Positions 50,624 through 62,972 of a DNA stretch of 64,000 bases are shown here, piece after piece; within the stretch, counting starts at the first letter, position 1; each line of letters starts with the position of its first letter. The position numbers and the translations under genes are program-made. Origin of the DNA: Mytilus edulis (taxonomy: Eukaryota); contig NC_092355.1 in the NCBI RefSeq assembly GCF_963676685.1, positions 23,312,001 through 23,376,000 of the forward strand. The letters are read 5' to 3'. Below the pieces are notes generated by a model, which ran no database searches, had not been told where the DNA came from, and saw only the letters and a program-made list of their open reading frames with translations.

Positions 50624-51991
50624 TATCTTAGAGCTGATAAATGTCCCTAAAAGAATTTCTACGAAGTTTGACTTTGTTATCTAGGGATAATTAGAAGCCT
50701 AGATAACCAAAAATATTACAAAAACTTAGAAATGTAACCAAATGAAAGTGATCTGTCTAACTCCAAGTGTTAATCGTTAATCATACTTTTATAGGGAATC
50801 ATATAATAGAATTGTACATAAAAGCAGTAAGATATACAAAGGAGTCATACGAATTATGAAGTTCAAATAAAAGCCATTTATGTCACCTTATATCTTTAAC
50901 ATCCCAAGTTAAAATCCCAGAACATACAATAGAAAAGAAGCTTGTTGAAAGTGATATATTGATATATACAAATATTTGGATATAAATCTTCATTGATCCT
51001 TTTCTTATGGGAATTCTTGATTTTGAATTTTGAATGGTAAAATAGGCAAGCATTTGTTATCTCTTGTAAGTGCATAAAACCTTCTGCACTAAAGATATGT
51101 ACAATAAGTTCATGGCAGTGTCACTGTAACTTTGGTGCAACTCTCACAGAACTTTATTACTTTAACAGACAATATTAAGGAATGATTCTTTAGTTTTGGC
51201 TTTCTGAATGCAAGAGGCTTTAAATGGGAGACCTACATGAAGCAGATGGAGTTTATTACTTTAACAGACATTATTGACTAGCTACAATTCCCTTTCTTTT
51301 ATTTCTTACATACTAATTTATATGTTTACTGAAAACTGCCAGTATATACTGATTGTCCTCTGCAGATGTCAGAATAATGGTAATCTCTTAGTATATAACA
51401 GTCAAATTGGTAGAAGGACAAAACTAAAAAAAAATAATAAGGAAGGGACATGTAGCAAGTCTAATGGGATACCTACATTAAGCAGATAAATTTTATTATT
51501 TTAACAGACAATTTTGAGGAATGAATCTTTAATTATAGTGCAAGAGGCTTTAAATGGAAGATCTATCTATGTATAACAGATGTACTGCCAATTGTTATAT
51601 TTTAATGCCATTATATTTTATAAAATCAATTTGATCTCAGTTTTCCTGGAATAAAAGAAAAAGGGAAAGTCATAGAGATGTGTCATTTCAAAAGTCAGCT
51701 AGTCTAAATTAAAATAAAAGTTTTGGAATCAGTATTATATAATACTAGAGACATTATGCAATGCAATAGTTTTTGTTGTGAAAATATGTAACTGTGTGAG
51801 GTTTTGTTTCTGATTATCACATTATGTATTGCTTGCTCTTGTCATGATTTGAAATGATATTCACAAAGACAGCTTTTTACAAAGTCTCACGGTTTGAAGC
51901 TGTTTTCTAACAGTACTTGAAATGAGTTTGTTGAAGTTTCTCAAACTCATCTGCAGACCTGCAGTGATATATTTCAGTTGAACAGAAAAGG

Positions 51992-52142
51992 CAATGGTGG
52001 AGTGCTGAGGAGTGGGGGTTCTGGGGGTTGGAATCCCCTTTTTTTGGACGATCAATGCATTTGAATGAGGACATGTGGTTGGAACCCCCACTTTGTCCAG
52101 GGTTCGGTCCCCCCCTTTTTAAAATGACTGGATCCGCCCCTG
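51992..52142 (-). mobile_element. GGATCC-TIR MITE with perfect 5-bp TSD AAAGG
   Basis: AAAGG (51987-51991) | CAATGGTGGA...GGATCCGCCCCTG | AAAGG (52143-52147). Confidence 0.88.
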
Positions 52143-53810
52143 AAAGGACAACTTTGAAGTCAATGAGAAGTCAGTTTCTCATGATAAAATATGTCTGTCA
52201 GGTTCTGATCAAAATCAAAATTTAGACTGGATAGACTTCGGGTCCCTGTCCTTTCATTATGTTTAATGTTTTGAAACCTGGTGTCTGGTACATGTATTAT
52301 AAACCACACAAGAAGACTCAGATATTTAAAAATGGAAATTGATAAAAAAAAAAACTTTCTAATGACTTCTTTTTACATTAGATGAATATGTTTCGACTAT
52401 CTTATTCCTAACACATTTCTATAAATTTTCTTATCTTGAGACTTCAAAGTGAAAGCATAAGTGGATTTTATTTACACATTAACTGCAGGAGTTATATAAT
52501 ATAGTATATGAATAACTCCATTGAGATTATAGGTCACCATTTGTCAACTGGCTCCCTGCTGTGATGTAAATAAAGTGGAAACCAGCAGGTTTTATGGCAT
52601 TTAGAAATAGTTTATGAGTCAATTTCACTGGGGCACTTACAGGGCATATGTAAATACATAAAAGATTTTTTTTTATGGAAACAAGGTTTCATTTGGGGTA
52701 TTAAACAAATAGCTTTTGTGTGTACATCATATTAATACTGAATAATGGCATTACGCAATTCCCTTTATTGTATTCCTTGTAACCCTTTAAAAAAAAGAAA
52801 GGATCTGAAAATTTAGCAATTATGCATTTTGTACTTTGTGTGAGTTCAATTACCCTTTCCTTGGCTTTTATGAAAGTTTTGCACTTTTTTATAGGACTAT
52901 AACTGTTTATATTGAGATTTCTGTTTTCATTACGACATTTTTCCTCTGTCAGACATCCATGGAAAACACATTATAGAAATTCGGTGAATGAATAAGATTA
53001 TATAAATCTCAAAAGAATTACAAGGGTACATATCAGTAACTGTTCTCTAAGTTTTGTCTGAATTGTTTGAGTTAACTAAGGGTATGAGTTATACTCATTG
53101 GTGAAGGCTATAAGGGGAGTAATTTAGTTGCTTACATCAATATTATTTGGACTCAGGTGGTCAATTTAATAGTTGTCCTATTTGGCATACCACAAGGTCT
53201 CCTCTCATTATTAAGTTACCCGCTATATCATTTGAAGAAAGATGAATCAAATTCTGTAATGAGTTTATATTTTTCTTTGGAAAAGATATTTTCATGAGTT
53301 CAAGTTTACCTGGTGACAATTAAAGAGCAGCAGACTCGTGAAAAATATAAATTAAGCTGAAGTGCATTTTGCATGTTATACTTTTGGGACAGTTTCTGCT
53401 TGTCCTAATGAATCAATTTCTGTTGAGAACTAAGTCGACAGCAGCTGGTATGAAAGAGAATATTACATATGTTTGTACCACAAAGACATTTACCAGTGTA
53501 ATTTCTGTTGTTAGTAATTAATGTACAGAACATTCTCCATTCTGACAGCTTGAAAGGTGAAAATAGTACGTAGAGAATACATTTGTCTTAAGGTATAGCA
53601 GTAGGTAGAAGGGAAATTGTTCAAAAGTAAAAGTTTACAAAGAAGAAATCTAGTGCATACAGCTCTTTTTAAACGAAGACATTATGGGGAAAAATTTTTT
53701 TTTTTTTCCAAGTATTGTTTTAAGTTCTAGTGATGTTTAATGTACCCTTGATCATTTGTTAAGTCTGTTCTTGTGTGTCTTTATGTATACACTAGGTTTT
53801 AGTTTAAACA

Positions 53811-54064
53811 TATTTATTTATAGTGGATTGGGAAACAAGTTTTGCAACTTATATGAATCCCTTTCCACTTTGCGGGTGTGAGTGCTGCCTTGTAGCGGCA
53901 TTAGCCTGCTCTTTTTTCGAAAACTACAAGGGTGTCTTTAACGTGCAAGTGATGTGGCTCTCTCTTAACACAGGTCAGCCATTTATAGTACCCTTCCGAC
54001 GGACTATCATTGTTTCCTCAAGACCATACTCACAAATGGTGTCAAGAGAGAGCCGAAAATTCAG
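53811..54064 (-). mobile_element. 5'-truncated SINE with a Deu/Nin-like central domain
   Basis: The reverse complement contains GTCCGTCGGAAGGG..TAAA...GCACGTTAAAGACACCC...TTTTCGAAAAAAGAGCAGG, which resembles the Deu domain, and ends in (ATAA)n. Confidence 0.7.
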
Positions 54065-54881
54065 TTTTTGGCTTGTCCACCAATGGAGGAAGCAAATTCA
54101 TTTGTTAAATGTTAGTGTTAATGTCACTTTCCATGTGCACAAGATTGTAGTCTGTCATAGTCAAATATCAGAACTCTAAAGTGGTGACTATTTTCACAAC
54201 TAGTATTTACATACACAGTTGAGTGACTCTATTCACCCCTCTTTATGTAAGGTCTCAGCAGTTGCAATAGTTTTAAACCAATTGCTGTACTCAGCCTAAT
54301 CTCTCCATCCTGTAAAATATGAACAGAGGAATTTAAATTATCTCTATAAAAAAAATGGCTGTAAGCCATGTAAACTTGCATATACAGAATCAGGGTAAAT
54401 AATTGGTACTTGTCAAAGATTTGTATAATTGTAAACATTTACTCTAGAGTTATATTGGTCAGTGACCTTGGACCTTGTTTATCATAGTTTATAGTTATTG
54501 TATGATTCACGATCAACCGCCTACTGTAAAAATATAGGCCATTATTCTGTTGGTTATTCAATAAACAAACAGTGCTTTAAATATGTGTGATATAATGAAA
54601 ATAGTACAATTGTTCCTGAACTTGTGCAGTTTGTGACGCCATTTATATAAAAGTCCAAAGTCCTGCAGAATGTGGACTCTAAAACAAAGGTGTATTTCAA
54701 AACTCATCTATGAAATAAACATATTATGGGGGTGTTTGTATATTTCATTCTATTTGTTTTGTATTCTTGTTTGTAATTTTTGTATACCATCAACTGTGCA
54801 TTTGAAATAAATATAAACTAATTTATAATACATTGACAATGCCTTTTCATATGGTGATCCTGACACTTAGTATATGTATTG

Positions 54882-55021
54882 CCGTGGTGGATCCAGGGGG
54901 ATGTGTCAGGAGGTTTGAACCCCCCTTTTTTGTTGGACGATCAATGCATTTGAAGGGGGACATATAGTTGGAACCCCCCTTTGTCCTGGTTTGGGAACCC
55001 ACCTTTTTAAAATGGCCCCTG
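54882..55021 (-). mobile_element. GGATCC-TIR MITE with TSD TATTG/TGTTG
   Basis: CCGTGGTGGATCCAGGGGG...GGACGATCAATGCATTTGAA...TTTTAAAATGGCCCCTG. Confidence 0.85.
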
Positions 55022-56429
55022 TGTTGCCATGATTTCATTTTGTGTACAATAGTTTACATAGTTATTTGATCATTTCTTGCTTATAAAGTTCAACCTGAAG
55101 CATATTTAATTTTAGTCTTTTTCCTCCACTAAGGTATTCTTCATGGATTAGACATGTTTGAGTCAGTTAAAGTATATATGTACCTTAAATTTACCTGAAA
55201 AGTCATTTTAAAGTTTAATTTCTCGTCAAATGCAATATTAAAAATACAACAGTTAGTAAAATACCAACACTGTTCTTGTAATTTAAACTTGAACTTTATT
55301 GAAATGCCAGTCAATAATTAAAGACTTAAAATAAATTAAACAATATTCGTAAAAAAAACCAAACTATTGTATTTGTTAAAAGGCTTTTTGCACTATTATA
55401 CAATAATATTTGTTTATTAAAGAAAAGAAAAAGGACTTTAACGGACCTGTGCATTCAATTTTAAAGGCCTGACACAAATATTCATACCAAGTTTTATTTT
55501 CAGTCGATATTAAAGAGAATATTGTATGAATTTGGTAGTGCATAATGTTTTTTACATGAACGCACAAATAGTTTACTTATAAAAGCCATATAAAATCCAT
55601 TTTAAGTATACTTTTAAATTTTCCTATTTCTAAACGTTAATTGTCTATGGTAGTATTATTCAAACATTTGGGAACATAATTAAAAAAAAACCGAATAATT
55701 GTTCAGTTAAAATGCTCAGTTGACAATTAAGTTTTAAATTAATGGCCTTGAGAAAATTATGATAGCAATTTTTGTTCTTATCAATGTTTGTGTTAGACAA
55801 AAGTAAATAAATTCTTAATGAGATTTTAGAAAGGAGAATATTTTTAGCATGTACATTTTTACTTCTTTCTTCATCTTTAATGTTAAGTTTTAATATACAA
55901 TATGTTTTATATATGTTATCCAATATTTCATGTTATACACAATGTTTTATATGTATATTGGAATGTATAATGTTATTCAAGTGGTGAGACTTTAATAAAC
56001 TATTGAATCTGAATCTGTTAATACAAAATGTAATTGAATGCAGTAATTAGGAGAGCTGTGAATTTAGTCAATTTTCAGATATATATAGTTAATCATTATG
56101 ATATAGATCTAAAAGTTTTGATAGAAATATTTGTTGATCTTGATGTTTTTTTTGTGTTTTTGAACAAGGTTGCAGAAACTCATTAATGACTATTCTTATA
56201 TCTCTTTTTATTCAAAAGTTGAAATCACTAAACAAAATTTAAAAAAATGTGGTATCATCTGAAATTTTCTTGGTTGACACAGTCTGCACGGTTTAAGCCA
56301 CTTGAGTCAGATGCCCCAGACTAGTAAAATTTCATTTTGGACGTAAGTATGTTTTTGCAAAACTTTGTTTAGACCAATAAGAAAAATGTCAGAATACATT
56401 GGTCTTTGCAGGACTACGTGGTTGAAAAA

Positions 56430-56980
56430 GTTTTTTGTGCAGACTGATTCAAAAATGGCGTTTCCTGAGTCCTGTCCGTGCATTTACTTTGTTCAACCTT
56501 AGCTTTTCAAATTTTAATATGTTGTTTACTGATGACAAAATGGAGGTCAAGTTCAATAATGTAGATTTTGACTTTTATTGTTCAGGAGTTAGGGTTCTTG
56601 AAAGATCGAAAAATGACGTTTCCATTCATGTTGTTGCATTTACTCATGAACCATTCAACCTTAGCGTTTCAAATTTTGATATGTTGATACTGATGATAAA
56701 ATGGAGGTCAATTTGATATTGACGATTTTCACTTTCACCGTTCATCAGTTATGGTTCTTGATATTGCCAGGACACAAATAAATGTTAACAAATCTGGTTT
56801 GCTGTCATTGTGACAGCCTCTTGTCCTATTTATATCTATGGTAAATTCAAAAATTATTGCATGTGTTTGTAAATCTGATTTGTTAAAATTTGTGAAAAAA
56901 ATTGGAAAAATCTGAGATTCATGAATACAATTTATGGGCATATATCAATAAGTCAGAAGAGGCGATACACATCTTGTCTC
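56430..56980. mobile_element. HINE/pearl-like element with an internal ~156-bp tandem dimer
   Basis: CATTTACT...TTCAACCTTAGC.TTTCAAATTTT.ATATGTTG..ACTGATGA.AAAATGGAGGTCAA...GTT(A).GGTTCTTGA occurs near 56481 and 56637. The dimer is certain; the element class is an inference. Confidence 0.55.
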
Positions 56981-57586
56981 TTTTTTCACCTTAATAAAAC
57001 CATCATGAAAATAATGAATTTACAGAATTTACAGTATTTATATTGAAAATTAACGACCTTTTGTAAAATAAATAAAAAAAAGGATTTTGTGTCGGAAATT
57101 AAATCTTGAGTAATCCATATTTGCAGTTTAATCCTCTTATTGTCTGCTGTGAGAGATAATCCCACTGATCCGGTTTCATTTCAGACATTAAACTGAACAA
57201 CATTAAAAGGACTACGTCTTTGCACAAATGTGTTTAATTGAATCTTATATGGTTTAACTACTGCCAAGTCAGACAGAGTCGCCTTGTGAAGGGGAAACTA
57301 GTATTTGGATAGAGCGAAAATCATATTTAAGTGAATATTTCATGTACATGTAATGTAGTTTTGCAAAGGTCTGCATCTGCATACAAGTGCAAGTGGATAA
57401 AGTAAACTTGTACCTGAAATTTAACACAAAAGTAATTTAAAGATTAATTTTTCATCAGTTGCAAAATTAAAATCAACAGTAAATCGTCATACCAAACAAA
57501 GTATATTTCGACAATTACTTCCTTGGATCCCAATTTATCATCACCCATGAAATCCATGACAATTAATGGAATCCAACATTTAATAA

Positions 57587-57825
57587 GGCCAAATAAAAAT
57601 ATATGTGTGGTTCCAGTTACCCTACCGTCCCTACTTTTTTGTCTTGAAAATAGCCTTAACCCTAAAGATTTTATTGTCATTTTTCATCAAGCACTATTCA
57701 AGTCAGAATGTTGCTCCCATAGACTCAATGTAAAAAAAAACCATAAAATAAACAAAAATCCCTGCCTACCTACCCTAACTTATTTTCAGATGTAACTGGA
57801 ACCACACATACTATTTTATTTGGCC
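57587..57825. mobile_element. Intact 239-bp MITE with ~34-bp TIR starting GGCC and TAA TSD (PIF/Harbinger- or Zator-type)
   Basis: TAA|GGCCAAATAAAAATATATGTGTGGTTCCAGTTAC ... GTAACTGGAACCACACATACTATTTTATTTGGCC|TAA. Confidence 0.9.
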
Positions 57826-58184
57826 TAACAATAGACAGTTATATATATATAGTATTATTTTATGAGATTAATGTCTCTAAAGGTACTTCTCTTTTGACAG
57901 TTATTGGTAGACATTGGTAAAAGTACTTTCATTCCAAACTTCATGTTCTAATTCAATTTTTGTGTAACATTTTTTCATTGGCTAAAATTTACTGTTAAAT
58001 ACACAGTTGACAAAACCCTATCTTTGTGACTGTCAAATCATCGATTGATGACAGCAACTCTTCAACTCCTGTACAGTTATTTGTTGATTTAAAAGAGAGG
58101 AGAAAGATTCTGGAGGGGACAATAAAACTGATAAGTCAAAAAATAAACTTACAAGGCCATGGGAAAAAAATATATAATAATATG

Positions 58185-58339
58185 CAGGCCCGTAGACAGG
58201 AATTTCCAAGGGGGGGTTATTTGGACTCATGAACCCGACTTTAACAGTCACAATTTGAACAGAATGTTGACTTTAACAGTGCTAATTTGGTTTCAAGGGG
58301 GGGGGGGGGGGTCGGACGAACCCCCTGGCTACAGGTATG
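58185..58339 (+). mobile_element. MITE CAGGCCCGTAG...CTACAGGTATG with 5-bp TSD ATATG
   Basis: ATATG occurs at 58180-58184 and 58340-58344. A partial copy lies at 47058. Confidence 0.82.
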
Positions 58340-58459
58340 ATATGACTCTTTCGAGATCAGTCAAAAGTTAAAGGATCCTACAATGTTTATAATCGAGCAA
58401 AGGAACAGTTTCTATTGTAGTTCTACTACTCTATATCCACACAGTCTTAACATTATTTA

Positions 58460-58726
58460 GGAGCTTCAGTGGCCATTAGTGATCTATGTAGTTCTACTAC
58501 TATAAGCACTTAGGCCAGTCAACACTGAGGTTGATAGTTCAAACCCAGCTGGTGCTAGTGCACTCAACTCCAATCTTAATACTTAAGGATTGTCAGTTTT
58601 CCTATCGACGGTCAGTGGTTTTCTCTGGGCACTCAGGTTTCCTCCACCAACAAAATCTGATCACCACAAAATAGACTAAACGCGGTGCTTAAAAGTGGCG
58701 TTAAACACAAAAAATTTAAATCAATC
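58460..58726 (+). mobile_element. Full-length tRNA-derived V-type SINE with a 12-bp TSD
   Basis: Homologous to 43882. B-box-like GTTCAAACC. TSD TAACATTATTTA (58448-58459) / TAACAATATTTA (58727-58738). Confidence 0.9.
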
Positions 58727-59235
58727 TAACAATATTTACTGTTATTACAGAGAAACATAGATCAGGACATGTTTAAATAGGATCAATCATTTAGTCGTTA
58801 AACTATTTTGATTGATTTACATTAATCAGGAAATTAACAAGTATTTTAACATTTTAATTTCCTTTCAAAATATTTTTTTTTATGTAATGGATTACATTTT
58901 ATTTGTTTTGAAACTGTTGTGATTCACTTGTATATTAGTCATGATAAGAACTCTAAACTTGTGACAAAATCGATTTTACGAATATTTAAAGTTTGATTAC
59001 TTTTGTTTTATGTGAAGACCTTGAATAGGACAATATCTGAAACCTTGTTTAAATACCAATAGTAATTAATATGGGGGCATCAATGTTATTGTAAAATTGT
59101 AAGAAACCATTTGTTGGAACTTTCCCTGCATTGCCATGATAGGAAGGAAGACTAGATTTTGAGTTTTATCCTGTTTTTCCAAATTTTTGACTCAAATGAA
59201 GGTTTTTAACAATTTTTTGGAATACCATTTATTAC

Positions 59236-59405
59236 CCCTGTTAAAATGCAACCATGGTTGACCATTGATAACCATGGTCAAACCATGGTTGGATGTGCTA
59301 AAATTTAACCCATGGTCAACTATGGTTTTCCACGTTTGTGACCATCGTTGACCAAGCTCAAATCACAAGTGGTTGGTTGCATGACCATAGTCAATTTGAA
59401 ACCAT
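59236..59405 (+). mobile_element. CCATGG-palindrome-rich interspersed element (unamplified relative of the 21.7-kb and 39.1-kb arrays)
   Basis: AAAATGCAACCATGGTT is shared with 39085. It contains single copies of both minisatellite units. Confidence 0.75.
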
Positions 59406-62267
59406 TTGTTGTTTTCAACCTTTACTACTACGGTTGATACTATGGAAGTTGAGTTATAAAAAAGTTGAGTGAATTATGTGCAATTAACAATTGTCTTTTT
59501 TTCAAGCTCCTTTTCTCAGATTCAATATGGACAGTGATATTCTGAATCTATGTAAAAAGTAAAAAAATATTGTTGAGATGTTGGGAAATTTGAGAAAGAA
59601 CTTATGGAAACTCTTGAGAATTCCGGTGGAACTGACAATTGCATTGGACTTTAAAATTGAGTGAATCTCGGTTTACATATGTTTACATGAATAAGGTGAC
59701 TTATCGAAGGCCTCTTTAGAATTCTGGTAGAATTGACAATTGGATGGGACCATGCAAACAGTCTCAGTTTACGGATGTTTACTGTGAAACACAATTTTAA
59801 TACTAGATAGACATATAAATCTTTTACACAGTGGTAAAAATCTTAAAATGAGGAGTTTCAAATTTCAGCCATATTGAAATGTCCACTGTGTTTTAAAAAC
59901 TTAAAATACTGTGTACATGTGTGAGTCTGGATGGGGTTTGACATTATAGAGATTTATGACCAAATTTACAGAAAAATGGCCCAACAAATAAAAGAATAGA
60001 GAAAAAAATAGGGTTTAAAAGATAAAGAAGAGAGAATTATTGGTAAAAAAAAAAAAGAGTATAGAAAATAAGGGGTAAAAAAATTAAGGAATAGAGAATA
60101 ATGGGCATAATGGATTAAAAGAAATATATGAGAAAATCAAATGTAGAATAGATCTGAAGTAAATGACCAAATTGTTAACGAATACAGAATACAGATTAAG
60201 ATCCGTATGTCATTTCCATGAAGACTGTTTTCCATGCTGTAGATCCCCCCTATTATCTTTTGATCTTGATGCACTCTTCTCTAACTGTCTTATCTCTCTA
60301 CATTATACTGTATGTTAAAATTTCATGTACTTTTGATCTCACTGTAAAGGTAAATATTTTTTCCACATGATGACACTATATAATTTACTTCTATACATAT
60401 AATTGTCCTTGAATCGACACACTAATACAAAGTCCTTAACAATTGTATTACATTTGTATAGTTTTAAATAGCTGATATGTTAATGGTTTTAAATTTGTGT
60501 AATCGTTTCGTGTCCTTGGACGAGGTTTTTATCTGATTGAAGAGCCGTGTAGTAAACAAATGAATTTTAATCTGGTGTGTGGTGTTTTCAACGTTGGGAA
60601 ATAGAGGTGTGGATTTATAACCGTTTAGTGTGGGACAGGGAAATAACGTAGGATTTTTCAATTGGATTAATTTTAGTGTGCAACGAATGTGTATTTCATA
60701 AAAGTTTATGGCCATTTATTTTTCTTTTATTTGTGGATTTCTATTTGTTGTTTAAAGGCAAATGGTTGTATTAGAATTTTAATGGATTTAAAAAATACAA
60801 TTCACATGTTTTGATAGTGAAACATGTTTTTACGGAATGACATGTGAACATTATGGATTTATTTTTATAACCACGTTGGGTCGCCCATGCTTACTGGTAA
60901 CATCATCTTTCGATTAAAAACTACTGTAATTGTATATGGAAATAGAAACGCAAATACATTATTTGTTGGTAAGTTTCATTTATACCAGTATATCCGATTT
61001 ATTATTCAGTATGAAGTGACAAATGTGTTCTGTCAAACTGTTGATAGTTGTTGTTTATTTGATAATGTCCAGTGACAAATGTTTCATACATTGTAATGGA
61101 CGTTTAAACTGCATACAATATTCTAAAAAAAGACAAGTCATTTGACTTTTCCAAATCACTTTATATTGTAAAAGTATATATAAAAGGTGACAGCAATATA
61201 TGAGTCCTATCAAATTGTTGAAGTCAAGACCGTTAACTTTGAAAAAGTGTTGTACAGTTGGTTCACAGATTTACTTAGGGATACTTAAATATTTGTAAAG
61301 TGCCCATTTTCATGCAGGTCATGGGGTATAGGTGAATATTGAATTTAAATATTTAACATAGAACAAAAAATGTTAAAGTCAGTTACACAGAGTTTGACAA
61401 AACTTAGAAATACAGTTTTCCATCGGAATCCAACAAAGTTGGTATAAATGAAAATAAATAAATTTGATTTACATTCATTAAACAAAAAGTTTCAGTATAT
61501 GTGTAAAAGTGCAAAACCTGTGAAAACCAGATAGTAACTATAACCTCTCTTAAAAGTCTGTTTCTGTTCTCATAGATACTTAGAAAAAGATTAATTCAAA
61601 GTAGCAGTAATAAGTAACAGAAAGACTTGTCGTATGAGAATTTCCCTACCTTCGTTTTTTTCCTGGTTAATTGGCTGTGATGTAATAGTTGGGTCACTAA
61701 ACTTTGGTAAGATTTCTAACATAGTTTCTCTGGGAAAAAGACTTATGTTTCGGATCTAGGGGTATTGTCTGAGACCCTGGTTAAACACCTTCATAGTATA
61801 AGTCTTAAGGGGCCCAACCTGAACCACAATACGAAAGATTAAATTAAACTTTATTAGCATTTTCAGCTCTGATTTAAGAGACCAGTCAAAAATTAGTAGC
61901 CTGGGCTTAAGTTTACTTGGGGGCCCCTAAAATCTCATCAGCCATTAACCCTGTTATTTCACTGAATCTTTTATTTTTCTTGAAGCACATGTGGAACTAC
62001 ATAGATAAGTAAGAATGTATGTTTGATTTGTTTTTAAATTAACCTTTTAACTCAACATCATGGTCGTTAGGTAAACTGTCAGAAAGTAAAATAGTTAAAA
62101 ACTTATTGAAGTGTAAAAATTATCAAAGCCTTAAAGAACATAAAAAAGGAAAAATACATATTTGTATACATAATGGTTGTCAAAGTCAGTCTAAGTTGAT
62201 GTTTAAATAAATAACATTACTGTGTAATAGATTATAGTTGTAAAAACATATGACTGAAGAATTCATA

Positions 62268-62459
62268 CAGTAAAACCTGTTATAAAGTCACCCTCTATTA
62301 AGTGAAAATCTGTCTAGATAAGTCAGGTCACCTTCAGTTGTTCCACTGTCTGTAGTCATACTTTAGGATTTTGGACCTGTATCTAAAGTTCAGCTCTCTT
62401 ATAAGGTCTGAGTTTTCTCTAGTCCTACGAGTTACTTTCTTTTTATACAGGTTTGACTG
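62268..62459. mobile_element. Tc1/mariner (pogo/Tigger-like) MITE
   Basis: TA|CAGTAAAACCTGT ... ACAGGTTTGACTG. A second right end, GGTTTGACTGTA, lies near 62613-62624. Confidence 0.7.
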
Positions 62460-62640
62460 TCTAAAAAATATTACTACTATGGATTACATGTAGTTTATTT
62501 TCACAGTTACCTGTAATTCTCGTGGATTTCGGGAAAAAAAAGAAGTTTTTCTTGGATATAATTGATTTGATGGTGTTCAGTCCTTTAAGTTGTCCTAAAT
62601 ATTATAAGACTGAGGTTTGACTGTACTGAAAATACTAAAC

Positions 62641-62972
62641 CATGTGTATTATTTATTTTCATGTGCACCAATTTTCCAGGATTGAGAAAAAATCTGATTT
62701 TGGTTGATATTTGATTTCATGGTTTTCCCAAATCTCAATTCCAAATCTCAAATCTCAAATCTCAATTCCAGCATAACTCTGTGTTGAAGGCCGTACATTG
62801 ACCTATAATGGTTTACTTTTTTTAAAATTGTTATTTGGATGGAGAGTTGTCTCATTGGCACTCACACCACATCTTCCTATATCTATATAGAAATTTCTAT
62901 TTCATTAAAAATTTAAAATTGTGGTTCACATGTTCCAGTGAAATCCATGAAAAGTTTATAATGAATCCATAG
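62641..62972 (-). mobile_element. Old CTGTGGATTCATT-family MITE interrupted by a family A insertion
   Basis: ATTTATTTTCATGTGCACCAATTTT...GGTTTTCCCAAA [insert] ...ATAATGAATCCATAG. Confidence 0.65.
62776..62886 (+). mobile_element. 5'-truncated family A copy, nested
   Basis: GTGTTGAAGGCCGTACATTGACCTATAATGG...GGAGAGTTGTCTCATTGGCACTCACACCACATCTTCCTATATCTAT. Confidence 0.88.

Noticed and set aside
53823-54179. 118-aa ORF
   Set aside because: It lies mostly on the antisense strand of a Deu/Nin-like SINE and has no recognisable domain.
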